From Gemmatimonadota bacterium (GTDB taxonomy: Bacteria > 4572-55 > J002), in assembly GCA_003697105.1 (NCBI GenBank), contig RFFQ01000111.1, positions 1 to 11,552 on the forward strand: a stretch of 11,552 bases of DNA, given 5' to 3'. Below are positions 1 to 7,786 of the stretch, in pieces; position 1 is the first letter of the stretch; every line of letters starts with the position of its first letter. The position numbers and the translations under genes were made by a program. The notes under the pieces are model-generated. The model was not told where the DNA came from. It saw nothing but the letters and a program-made list of their open reading frames with translations, and made no database searches.

Positions 1-36
1 CTCCTTGAGTGTGTTGTTTATGATTTTTATTGATTT

Positions 37-1179
37 TTAATAAATATAAAATTTAGTTAATATTCCTTTAATTTTGCCGTTGTTTAACTTTTTTTGCCAT
101 GTTTTTTTCAAACCCAGATACCGGACGAGCTTAGGGTCACCGGTGTAAATATAAGCGGTGGAACCGGCGCATTTTTCCCGTAAAAACGTACCAAATTCCT
201 GATAAAACGGGATTAAGTCCTGATATTTTCCTAAACGGATGCCGTATGGTGGGTTGCAGACGATCACCGCCTGTGGGATGCCGGGTAATTCCCGGAAATC
301 CCGCCGGGCAAGGGTGATCTTCCGTCCTTCCGGTAACTGGCGCAGGTTGGTTTTGCTGATCTGGATCGCGGTTGGGTCTATATCACTGCCCTGTATCCGT
401 CCTTGAGGCAGTTGGCGCATCTGCTGGTTAGCTTCGGCTTCCACCTGATGCCACACCTGTTGATCAAAATCCGGTAACTGTTCAAAACCAAATTTCTCTC
501 GTAGCAGACCTGCTGGAATCCGGCAATAATGCATGAGGGCTTCTGCCAGCAATGTGCCAGAACCACACATGGGGTCATATAGGGGTACACTCCCATCCCA
601 TTGGGAAAGGCGGATAATTGCCGCGGCTAACGTCTCTTGCATTGGCGCGTGTACTGCCTGTTGGCGGTATTTCCGCTGGTGGAGAGACCCGCCGGAGGTA
701 TCAATCCCGAGGCGGGCAATATCATTGTGGATATGGACATTCACCCAGACATCAGGGTGGTGGGGGTTTACATTGGGACGCTGGCGATATCGTTCCCGGA
801 AGGAATCGGCAATGGCATCTTTAACCTTTAAGCCGGCATACTGGGAGTGCCGAATCCGGCTGCGCGAAACGTTGGCAAACACGGCAAAGGTTTGATCCAG
901 TTGGAAAAAATGAGACCAGTTAATTTTTTTGGTCTGTTGGTAAAGCCGTTCGGGATGGGTGCATTCAAATTTAATCAGGGGGGCAATGACCCGCATGACC
1001 AACCTGGCGCCGTAATTGATCCGGTATAGTGTGGCATTATCTGCCTGAAAGATGACGCCTCGGATGACGGGTTTGACCTGAGTTGCACCTAATTCGGTTA
1101 ACTCCTCAGCGGCGAGAGACTCGATCCCGGTGGAGGTTTGGGCGAAGTACTGTTGGTGTTGCTGGTAGAGGTATTTCAT
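37..1179 (-). CDS. rlmL: THUMP-domain class I SAM-dependent rRNA (guanine-N2) methyltransferase, RlmL-like
   Basis: 380-aa ORF. The N-terminus 'FAQTSTGIESLAAEELTELGA' parallels the E. coli RlmL N-terminus as I recall it. A conserved 'SQYAGLKVKDAIADSF' block is present. SAM-binding motif I is 'YDPMCGSGTLL' and catalytic motif IV is 'NPPYG'. The start ATG (1179-1177) overlaps the stop of the upstream gene as ATGA. Confidence 0.85.
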   Translation of the reverse strand: MKYLYQQHQQYFAQTSTGIESLAAEELTELGATQVKPVIRGVIFQADNATLYRINYGARLVMRVIAPLIKFECTHPERLYQQTKKINWSHFFQLDQTFAVFANVSRSRIRHSQYAGLKVKDAIADSFRERYRQRPNVNPHHPDVWVNVHIHNDIARLGIDTSGGSLHQRKYRQQAVHAPMQETLAAAIIRLSQWDGSVPLYDPMCGSGTLLAEALMHYCRIPAGLLREKFGFEQLPDFDQQVWHQVEAEANQQMRQLPQGRIQGSDIDPTAIQISKTNLRQLPEGRKITLARRDFRELPGIPQAVIVCNPPYGIRLGKYQDLIPFYQEFGTFLREKCAGSTAYIYTGDPKLVRYLGLKKTWQKKLNNGKIKGILTKFYIY

Positions 1180-1784
1180 GCTTTCCAGTCAGGTTGAAAA
1201 TGTTGCAGTGCGAGGACTGTTCGTCTCAGACTCTCGGAGTGGATCCTTGCTTCTGCTATATCCCACGTTGTCCTGACAAATTCTCCCAACGCGCCATTGT
1301 AATCGGGTCCGATTGTTGCCGTGCTATTTTCCGCAGGTATAATTGCTTCTCGGAGTCGTCGTTTCCGGGATTTTTTCGCCAATTGAAGTAACGTTTGTTT
1401 GGGGTCCCTTAATTGATCGACCGGGTGGGGTATCGCATTTTCGGAAATACCTAAAAATTTGGCAAATTGAACCCGGCTGGCAAGGAGCCATGCTTCGACT
1501 TCCCGAACCGCAACTCTAAACATCAAATTAGGGTGTGGCGGTTGCTTCAACCACTTATGAATAAGGGAGGGGGCGCATTCCGCTTGATCTAAATCGGTTA
1601 AAACAATAAACGGTATTCCCTTTTTTGCCGCCCCATTAAATGCGTTAATTCTATTTTTCAAATAGCCAAATCCTCCCCGGCGATGACATTTTCCCGGGCA
1701 GTACTCTCGCCCTGATTCCGTGATGAGCCGGCGCAAGACCATTTCGCTGAGTTCATCTTCAACCGCCAAATTGATTGGAATCAT
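1176..1784 (-). CDS. Small TOPRIM-like protein (DUF4276-like), putative nuclease partner of the adjacent ABC-type ATPase
   Basis: 202-aa ORF. An N-terminal acidic cluster 'LAVEDELSE' sits about 55 residues before a 'VLTDLDQ' D-x-D motif, which is the E...DxD spacing of a TOPRIM fold. Size and pattern resemble the small partners of AAA_21 ATPases (DUF4276/RloB/AriB-like). That family name is from memory, not from a search. Its start overlaps the ATPase stop as TAATG (1782-1786), and its stop overlaps the rlmL start as ATGA. Confidence 0.6.
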   Translation of the reverse strand: MIPINLAVEDELSEMVLRRLITESGREYCPGKCHRRGGFGYLKNRINAFNGAAKKGIPFIVLTDLDQAECAPSLIHKWLKQPPHPNLMFRVAVREVEAWLLASRVQFAKFLGISENAIPHPVDQLRDPKQTLLQLAKKSRKRRLREAIIPAENSTATIGPDYNGALGEFVRTTWDIAEARIHSESLRRTVLALQHFQPDWKA

Positions 1785-2938
1785 TACCGGAACAACTCCA
1801 ATTGTTGGATATTTTCAGGAATCGTGTAGGGCACAATGGCTTCCGCCGGTGATAGCCCTCCACTTAATAGCCGATGAATATCCTGATTATCATTGGCACA
1901 TTTTATTTCGGTCCCTTCTGCCGATGGAATGAGCATTAGTACTTCCTCCCCACCAATTCCTTTATCGGATAAAAGCTCGTAGCTGTGGGTACTTAGGATC
2001 ACCTGTCGTTGCTTTTTTTGATGTTTAAGGAGTCGGTGCATCAACCGGGGTATCCGTTCTACAATACCGGAGTTTAAAGAGAGTTCGGGTTCTTCTAATA
2101 AGAGTAACGAATCTCCCTCTAGGAACATCCATAAAAGACCGATGAGTCTTAATGTACCGTCTGAAAATTGGTCTTCGCGTTGTTTGGCACCGGCACGTCG
2201 CCAATGTTGGTAGGTTATTTCCAGATGGGGTACGCCGAGGTCATCCCGAATCAGGCTCAGATTTTTCAATTGAGGTACCGCTTTTTGTAACGCAGATTCT
2301 ATTTTTTTTAGCCGGGCATTGCGGGTTCGTTCTGGCGTTTGGGCAATATGGTCCAAAAATATTTGCCCGAAAGGATCATCGGGTAATTCACTACCCTTAA
2401 ACGTTTCGTTATAGCGGATTAATTGTGGGATTAAGTGACGGTAAGCAATCGCATCAAAAAAGGCGGCAACATCTCGGAAAGCTTCGTTTGCGATAATTTG
2501 TTCCAAAAATGTTTGAGTCAAGCGGAGTTCATCGGTTTGGTCATGTTCGTCTGGACGATTCAAAATCAGGTCTTCCCCGCGCCAGACGCGTTCGTATGAT
2601 AATTGTTGCCGCCGGTGACCCCGTCCCTGTTGTTTAATGCCAATGGCATAGCGCCATAGGGTTGCCGAGTTTTTACCGTCCGTCAGGTAAACTTCAATCT
2701 CAATATCTGGGGATTTTCGGGCAGAAAGGCATCTGATTTTAGATAGACCCCCGCGAGAATTGAGCGCACTTTGCAAACCGCCACCTGACTTAGCAATATC
2801 GCGCAAAAACCGAAAGACATCTAAAAAATTTGATTTACCAGAGGCGTTGGGACCCACGACAAACATCCGCGGACGAAGTGAAACATCCACACTTTTAAAG
2901 TTTCGCCAGTTTTTAAGAATAACCCGTGAGATGATCAT
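1784..2938 (-). CDS. AAA_15/AAA_21-family ABC/SMC-like ATPase (OLD/PARIS AriA/Gabija GajA-type ATPase module without a fused nuclease)
   Basis: 384-aa ORF. Walker A 'GPNASGKSN' lies at residues 29-37, directly after an N-terminal 'ILKNWRNFKSVDV' strand typical of RecF/SMC-like heads. An ABC-signature-like 'FSDGTLRLIGLL' is present. The Walker B/D-loop is 'SLLLLEEPELSLN' and the H-loop is 'ILSTHS'. A strong SD, AAGGAG, lies 5 nt upstream of the ATG (plus-strand 2941-2950, reverse complement). Confidence 0.85.
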   Translation of the reverse strand: MIISRVILKNWRNFKSVDVSLRPRMFVVGPNASGKSNFLDVFRFLRDIAKSGGGLQSALNSRGGLSKIRCLSARKSPDIEIEVYLTDGKNSATLWRYAIGIKQQGRGHRRQQLSYERVWRGEDLILNRPDEHDQTDELRLTQTFLEQIIANEAFRDVAAFFDAIAYRHLIPQLIRYNETFKGSELPDDPFGQIFLDHIAQTPERTRNARLKKIESALQKAVPQLKNLSLIRDDLGVPHLEITYQHWRRAGAKQREDQFSDGTLRLIGLLWMFLEGDSLLLLEEPELSLNSGIVERIPRLMHRLLKHQKKQRQVILSTHSYELLSDKGIGGEEVLMLIPSAEGTEIKCANDNQDIHRLLSGGLSPAEAIVPYTIPENIQQLELFR

Positions 2939-2998
2939 CTCTGCTCTCCTTTTATCTGCATTTCATGCGCTTTTTTTGGTTGGGATATGGCTGAACGG

Positions 2999-3256
2999 TT
3001 ACAATAAAAATTTCACACATTCGGCTTCGGCGAGTGCCGCGCTCAGGGTGCGCATGGACTCCAGATCATAAAACGTGACCGTCACTTGGTAGGTCTGGTA
3101 TTTGCCGTTGCGGGAGATGTTGCCCGGTTTGGCAACGGTATCAACACCGTGCTGTTTTAAAATATGATCGATCTCAATTTTCGCACTGCTGTTTCTGAGG
3201 GTGATAATCTTGTAATGCCAATCGACCGGAAATTGAAGTTCGGTTGTGTGACTCAT
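2999..3256 (-). CDS. DUF493/YbeD-family small protein (UPF0250-like)
   Basis: 85-aa ORF. 'LQFPVDWHYKIIT' parallels E. coli YbeD 'LEFPTPFTYKVMG'. 'KPGNISRNGKYQTYQVTV' parallels 'VKPSSKGNYHSVSITI'. A GGAGGG SD lies upstream (3257-3267, reverse complement). Confidence 0.65.
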   Translation of the reverse strand: MSHTTELQFPVDWHYKIITLRNSSAKIEIDHILKQHGVDTVAKPGNISRNGKYQTYQVTVTFYDLESMRTLSAALAEAECVKFLL

Positions 3257-3267
3257 TTACCCTCCAT

Positions 3268-4113
3268 TTAGCGTTTAGCGGTGGCTTTTTTTGCCCCCAC
3301 AACATCAAAAAAAGCACCTTCGGTATCTTCACCTAAAACTTGTGGCAGGACACCGTCCCATTTTTCGATGGCGCGGAGTTGCAACAGTTCCGGGCTAAGG
3401 GTTTCCCGTTGCAGGCGTTGGGCTTCTGCTTGGGCTTTAGCGACCTCAATAATTGCTTTGGCTTTACCACTGGCTTTTACACTGTCTTGCGCCGCTTCCA
3501 TTTCCACCCGGCGTAGATCATTGCGGGCACGCAATGCCGCCTGTTCGGCAACTTGTTTTTCTTCAATGGCGCGGTTAAATTCCGGGGAAAAATTGAAGTC
3601 CATGATCGAAAAATCGGTGACAATGATATTATTTTTGCTCAAACGTTCTTTCAAATCGCTTAAAATCGCTTCTTTGACCTCCGGGCGCATGGTGATTAAC
3701 TGTTCGGCGTTAAATTGGGCGGTGGCAGACTTAACCGACTCTTGAATTGCCGGTTGGATGATCGAATTCATGTAGTTAGGACCCAATTCCTGAAAAATGA
3801 TGTTCGCTTTTTCTCGATCCAGATAAAAATTGAGGGCGACCCGTGAACTGACAATCTGTAAGTCTTTAGAGGACGCTGTGGCATCGACTTCAATTTTTTG
3901 AACACGCACGTTGATCGGGATGATTTTGGTGCGGAAGGGCATCTTGAAGTGCAATCCTTCGGGGACAATTTTGTCCTGAACCGCACCAAAGTACGTCACG
4001 ACACCGACCGTACCGGGTTGTACCACCTGCACCATCCGGCTGCCGAGTAATAGGACGACTATCGCCGCGACGATAATCGCGCCGCCAATCATTCGGGTTG
4101 TGTTATCGTTCAT
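3268..4113 (-). CDS. SPFH/Band-7 (prohibitin-like) membrane protein
   Basis: 281-aa ORF. An N-terminal TM helix 'IGGAIIVAAIVVLLLG' is followed by an SPFH core 'VQVVQPGTVGVVTYFGAVQDKIVPEGLHFKMPF...'. The C-terminus is an Ala/Glu/Gln-rich coiled coil. An AGGAGG SD lies at 4119-4124 (reverse complement). Confidence 0.85.
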   Translation of the reverse strand: MNDNTTRMIGGAIIVAAIVVLLLGSRMVQVVQPGTVGVVTYFGAVQDKIVPEGLHFKMPFRTKIIPINVRVQKIEVDATASSKDLQIVSSRVALNFYLDREKANIIFQELGPNYMNSIIQPAIQESVKSATAQFNAEQLITMRPEVKEAILSDLKERLSKNNIIVTDFSIMDFNFSPEFNRAIEEKQVAEQAALRARNDLRRVEMEAAQDSVKASGKAKAIIEVAKAQAEAQRLQRETLSPELLQLRAIEKWDGVLPQVLGEDTEGAFFDVVGAKKATAKR

Positions 4114-4131
4114 TAGATAACCTCCTGTAAA

Positions 4132-4938
4132 TTATTGGGTTGTATCGGGTTGGGAAATTTCACGTTTTGCCGGAATGATCTCATATCCCGATGGAGTGCC
4201 GGCAGGGTTTGTTGCTGGGGGGGCAAATATACGGATTGTGGGATTATCGCTACCGGTAGCGGTGTACGGTTCCCGTTCTGCCGGATGTTGTGCCGGAGAG
4301 AGTTCCAAACCTTCCTCTTGGGCAATCCGGTAGAATATCTGATCCAATTCGCGGATGACATGTTGCATTTCGCTATCCAGAATCTCACTGAGTGCCTGCA
4401 CGGTGTACACCACATCGGCATTATAGACTCGTTTCCGGCGGTCAAAGGAGTAATTCCAAATCTCTTTTCGATCTTTTTCGCGAATCAGTTTGAAGCTCAT
4501 TGCCAAATGACCGTACCACATATCGCCGCTGTCAAAGCGCTCAATGGCACTTACGGTGCCGCTAATCTGGTAATCTGGACGGGTATCGAGGAAATCCCGG
4601 CGCAATTCTGCGATCAAATTTGCGGTTTTGAGATGCTTTTCAATGGCATCGGTGATCATATAACCGGGGCGAACTGCCCAATGCTTAAAATTATAATACT
4701 GAATTTGGTTCGGTGAAAAGCGGAGTACCATCGGCGAGCGGTTATAAACCCGCAGGACATCAAACTCTCGTAATTGCACCCGAAATGGGTACGGTCGTGC
4801 CGAACCTTCCACCCATGCCACTTTGGGAACGTAACTGATCAGGTAGAATTGCTTTTGCGGGGTTTTGGCACAGGATACAAACATCATCATGATCCCGATG
4901 AAAAGAACCGTCCGGCAGGTATATTGTAAGAAAGTCAT
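4132..4938 (-). CDS. Putative lipoprotein, possibly an MCE-associated auxiliary lipoprotein (PqiC/DUF330-like), with a Pro-rich C-terminal tail
   Basis: 268-aa ORF. It has a signal peptide with lipobox-like 'MMFVSC'. Its start overlaps the MCE gene stop as ATGA (4935-4938). The C-terminal ~55 aa are Pro/Thr/Ala-rich and disordered. The family assignment comes from gene context and size only. Confidence 0.5.
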   Translation of the reverse strand: MTFLQYTCRTVLFIGIMMMFVSCAKTPQKQFYLISYVPKVAWVEGSARPYPFRVQLREFDVLRVYNRSPMVLRFSPNQIQYYNFKHWAVRPGYMITDAIEKHLKTANLIAELRRDFLDTRPDYQISGTVSAIERFDSGDMWYGHLAMSFKLIREKDRKEIWNYSFDRRKRVYNADVVYTVQALSEILDSEMQHVIRELDQIFYRIAQEEGLELSPAQHPAEREPYTATGSDNPTIRIFAPPATNPAGTPSGYEIIPAKREISQPDTTQ

Positions 4939-5879
4939 TCGGAAATTTCCTCTTTACCCACACCCCGAATTAATACACTGGGATTATCCCGTACAATTTC
5001 GGTGATCTCTCGTAGATTTTCCATACTCAACCGCAAATCTTCAAAGGAAATGATGATGTCGTCCCGGCTTTCGACCAACGTCCGGTCAAAATGAACCATG
5101 GCTTGGTCAATCGTGGCAATTAGCTGGTTTAGATTGGTCATGATCTCCGGTAGATTCTTTTCCTCAAAACTTTGCCGTAATGCCACCGTCATGGCATGGA
5201 TATTATCGATGCTCTCTGTCAATTTTGGATCGGCGGTTAACGTTTCAATATTGGACATGATCGAATCCGCGCGCTGGGAGACCGAAATCAGGTTTTCTGA
5301 AATTAACTCTACATTTGCAGTGACCTGATTTAACTGTCCGCGATTGTCCAGCATCAAGCCATTGACATTATTGATGAGGACAATCATCTCATCTAGCATG
5401 ATTTGTAATTTTTCCGAGATGACTTGCGCTTGCTCCACGAATAGATCGATCATAGAATCCCCCGGTGGAATCTCCCCACCCGGGGGAATCGTTTCAGCCG
5501 ATTCCGTTCCGCCGATCAACTCGATGTAGCGCATTCCGGTGATTCCTTGCATTGCCACTTGTGCTTGGGTATCGGCTTTGATGGGGGTTCCTTGCCGCAA
5601 GCTAATTTTGACCACAATGGCGGAGACGTTGTTGGGGTCAACATAAACCTCTTCAATTCGCCCGACGGGGATTCCCTGATATTTGACACTACCGCCGGGC
5701 TCCAATCCACCGACCGAGACCCCGACGTAGCGGATCGTGTAAATATCCCGTTTTTCCAACAAACGAGGCGCGGCGATCAGTATCACTGACCCTAACAACA
5801 GCACCATACCCGTGATAAGAAACACCCCTAATCTGAATTTTTGTGCTTTGCTGATCATGACTCCGAAATTGCTACCCAC
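4935..5879 (-). CDS. MCE-domain (MlaD/PqiB-like) membrane protein
   Basis: 314-aa ORF. A TM helix 'LGVFLITGMVLLLGSVILIAA' is followed by an MCE core 'YTIRYVGVSVGGLEPGGSVKYQGIPVGRIEEVYVD...' and a helical C-terminal region. An alternative start at M8 (ATG 5858-5856) would give an exact ATGA overlap with the ABC-F stop. The annotated start at 5879 overlaps ABC-F by 25 nt. Confidence 0.8.
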   Translation of the reverse strand: MGSNFGVMISKAQKFRLGVFLITGMVLLLGSVILIAAPRLLEKRDIYTIRYVGVSVGGLEPGGSVKYQGIPVGRIEEVYVDPNNVSAIVVKISLRQGTPIKADTQAQVAMQGITGMRYIELIGGTESAETIPPGGEIPPGDSMIDLFVEQAQVISEKLQIMLDEMIVLINNVNGLMLDNRGQLNQVTANVELISENLISVSQRADSIMSNIETLTADPKLTESIDNIHAMTVALRQSFEEKNLPEIMTNLNQLIATIDQAMVHFDRTLVESRDDIIISFEDLRLSMENLREITEIVRDNPSVLIRGVGKEEISE

Positions 5880-7786
5880 TGATCGATTAAATCTTCAAGT
5901 TGTGCGGTCAGGGCTTCAAACTGCTGCCCCAAATCTGCTCCCTCTTTTGCCCGTCCTTCGGCAAATGCCCGGTCGATTTCGCGGCTAAGCCGCTCTTTTT
6001 CGTGTTCCAGATCGACGATCTGCTGTTCCAGTTTTTCAATTGCCCATTTGTTCACCCGCTTGGGTTTCTTGGCAGGTTTGTGCGATTTGCGGGGTGTCCC
6101 GTTTGTCGGGGATGCTTTCTTGTTTTTCATTCGTTCTTGTGTTGCTAGGGCGGCGCGTTCTTCCGCCTCGGCTTTATCCTGCCAATATTCCGTAAAACTG
6201 CCCTCGTACACGCGGATGTTTGGTGGCTCAATGATAATCAACTTGTCGATCAGTTTATCGAGGAAATAGCGGTCGTGTGAGATGACGAAAATGGTACCGG
6301 TGAATTCTTCCAGTGCCTCTTCAATCTGCTCTTGCGATTTGATGTCAAGGTGGTTGGTTGGCTCGTCCAATAACAGAAAATTCGGGTTTTGCAACAGGAT
6401 TTTTGCCAGTTGCACCCGTGCTTTTTCCCCTCCGCTCAGGGTTTCAATCGGGCGGTTTAAGTCGTCGCGAGTAAACAAAAAGCGGTAAAGCATTTCACTT
6501 GCTGTGCCGATGGTCATCTCCGGGATGTCCAGTAATTCCTTGAGGATGGTGTTTTGGGGTTGGATTGTCTCGTGCATTTGTGAGTAATAACCAATGCGCA
6601 TACTATTGCCGATACGGAGGGTTGGGTTTTCCCAGGATCCCTCGCGGATAATGTCCTTAAACAGGGTGGTTTTACCCGTCCCGTTTGCACCGAGGAGTGC
6701 CACATTTTCCCCCGATTGAATCCGGAAACTGATCCGGTCAAAGAGGAGTCGCTCGCCTACCTTTCGGGTATAGTGGGAGACATCCAGTGCAATTTTACCA
6801 GTGCGATCCTTGTTACCAAAGCGCAATTTGATGTGCCGGGAGTTAAAATCCGGGCGTTCGATTTTGTCCATCTTTTCAATGCGCTTTTCCATCGCTTTGG
6901 CGCGTTTAATTAGCTTGGGATTATCATACACCATGCCCCATGCCTTGAGCCGCCGGATGGAAAATTCCAACCGTTCGATCTTCTTCTGCTGGCGGTTATA
7001 AGCGGCTTCTTGCACCACCAATTTTTGCAATTTTTCGGCGCGGTAGGTGGAATAATTGCCGGCAAATTCATTGATTTTCAGATGCTCTAATTCCCAGACC
7101 TTATTAATTACCCGATCCAGTAAATACCGGTTGTGTGAAATGACGACCACGGCTACATCCGTCGTTTTGAGGTACTCTTCTAACCAGGCCATGGCCTTAA
7201 AATCCATGTGATTCGCAGGCTCATCCAGTAAGAGGATGTCGGGATTGGTCAATAAAATTTTAGCCAACCCGATGATATTTTGTTCACCACCGCTAAATGT
7301 GCCCACTTTACGCTGTTGCAAGGTCTCATCAAAACCTAATCCTTGTAACACGCGGTTGATTTCAATTTGGCGATGGTAGCCGTCAGCGGCTTCAAAACGG
7401 TGTTGCAACCGGCTGTACTGGTCGATTAATTCCTGCAATCGTGCTTCCGGTAGGTCTGGCAGGCTCATCTGATATTCTAACTCCCGCATCCGATCCGCAA
7501 GTTGATCGATTTCGGCAAAGGCGGTTTCCACCTCTTCTCGCACGGTCAGGTTCGGGTCGCATTCAAGTTCCTGCGTTAAATGCCCAATGCGGATGCCGGG
7601 TAAGGGGACTACCACACCTTCGGTCGGAGGTTCTGCCCCAGTGATAATTTTAAACAGCGTTGTTTTTCCGACCCCATTATCCCCAATCAGACCGATTTTA
7701 TCGCGGCGGTTGATCTGTAGGTTCAGGTTCTGGAAAAGATACCGGTTGGAAAATTCTTTAGAGAGATTATTGATCGAAAGTAACAT
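5855..7786 (-). CDS. ABC-F family ATPase with two tandem ABC domains and no transmembrane domain (Uup/YheS-like, with a basic coiled-coil C-terminal tail)
   Basis: 643-aa ORF. There are two Walker A motifs, 'GDNGVGKTT' and 'GANGTGKTT'. There are two signatures, 'FSGGEQNIIGLAKIL' and 'LSGGEKARVQLAKIL'. There are two Walker B/H-loop pairs, 'LLLDEPANHMD...ISHNRYLLD' and 'LLLDEPTNHLD...ISHDRYFLD'. An inter-domain helical linker is present. The C-terminal ~90 aa are Lys/Glu-rich coiled coil. Confidence 0.9.
   Translation of the reverse strand: MLLSINNLSKEFSNRYLFQNLNLQINRRDKIGLIGDNGVGKTTLFKIITGAEPPTEGVVVPLPGIRIGHLTQELECDPNLTVREEVETAFAEIDQLADRMRELEYQMSLPDLPEARLQELIDQYSRLQHRFEAADGYHRQIEINRVLQGLGFDETLQQRKVGTFSGGEQNIIGLAKILLTNPDILLLDEPANHMDFKAMAWLEEYLKTTDVAVVVISHNRYLLDRVINKVWELEHLKINEFAGNYSTYRAEKLQKLVVQEAAYNRQQKKIERLEFSIRRLKAWGMVYDNPKLIKRAKAMEKRIEKMDKIERPDFNSRHIKLRFGNKDRTGKIALDVSHYTRKVGERLLFDRISFRIQSGENVALLGANGTGKTTLFKDIIREGSWENPTLRIGNSMRIGYYSQMHETIQPQNTILKELLDIPEMTIGTASEMLYRFLFTRDDLNRPIETLSGGEKARVQLAKILLQNPNFLLLDEPTNHLDIKSQEQIEEALEEFTGTIFVISHDRYFLDKLIDKLIIIEPPNIRVYEGSFTEYWQDKAEAEERAALATQERMKNKKASPTNGTPRKSHKPAKKPKRVNKWAIEKLEQQIVDLEHEKERLSREIDRAFAEGRAKEGADLGQQFEALTAQLEDLIDQWVAISES

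Noticed and set aside
533-1029. Several plus-strand ORFs of 60-120 aa (533-895, 618-824, 637-831, 847-1029) inside the rlmL region
   Set aside because: They overlap a minus-strand CDS with clear methyltransferase motifs. They are Arg/Trp/Gly-rich in the way typical of antisense frames and have no ribosome-binding sites.
2939-2998. Independent promoter or terminator in the 60-bp gap between the DUF493 gene and the ATPase gene
   Set aside because: There is no stable hairpin with a U-tract and no convincing -35/-10 pair (only a weak TTCAGC ... TGAAAT on the minus strand). Read-through from upstream is currently the simpler explanation, though an internal promoter cannot be excluded.
2152-3071. 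Plus-strand ORFs 2152-2400 and 2760-3071 within or abutting the ATPase gene
   Set aside because: Both are antisense to the ATPase CDS, which has a complete ABC motif set and a strong SD. Neither has independent support.
3281-3745. 154-aa plus-strand ORF rich in Ala, Ser, Cys and Arg, antisense to the SPFH gene
   Set aside because: It is low-complexity and lies entirely inside the well-supported minus-strand SPFH CDS, whose Ala/Glu/Gln coiled-coil codons give an open antisense frame. It has no SD and no recognisable motif.
4113-4716. ORFs 4113-4445 (minus, other frame) and 4135-4716 (plus) overlapping the lipoprotein gene
   Set aside because: They are alternative frames of a region better explained by the 268-aa signal-peptide/lipobox ORF, which is translationally coupled to the MCE gene.
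5461-5491. DNA-level near-repeat CCGGTGGAATC / CCGGGGGAATC
   Set aside because: It is a coding-level repeat, encoding IPPGGEIPPGD inside the MCE protein. It is not a mobile or regulatory repeat.
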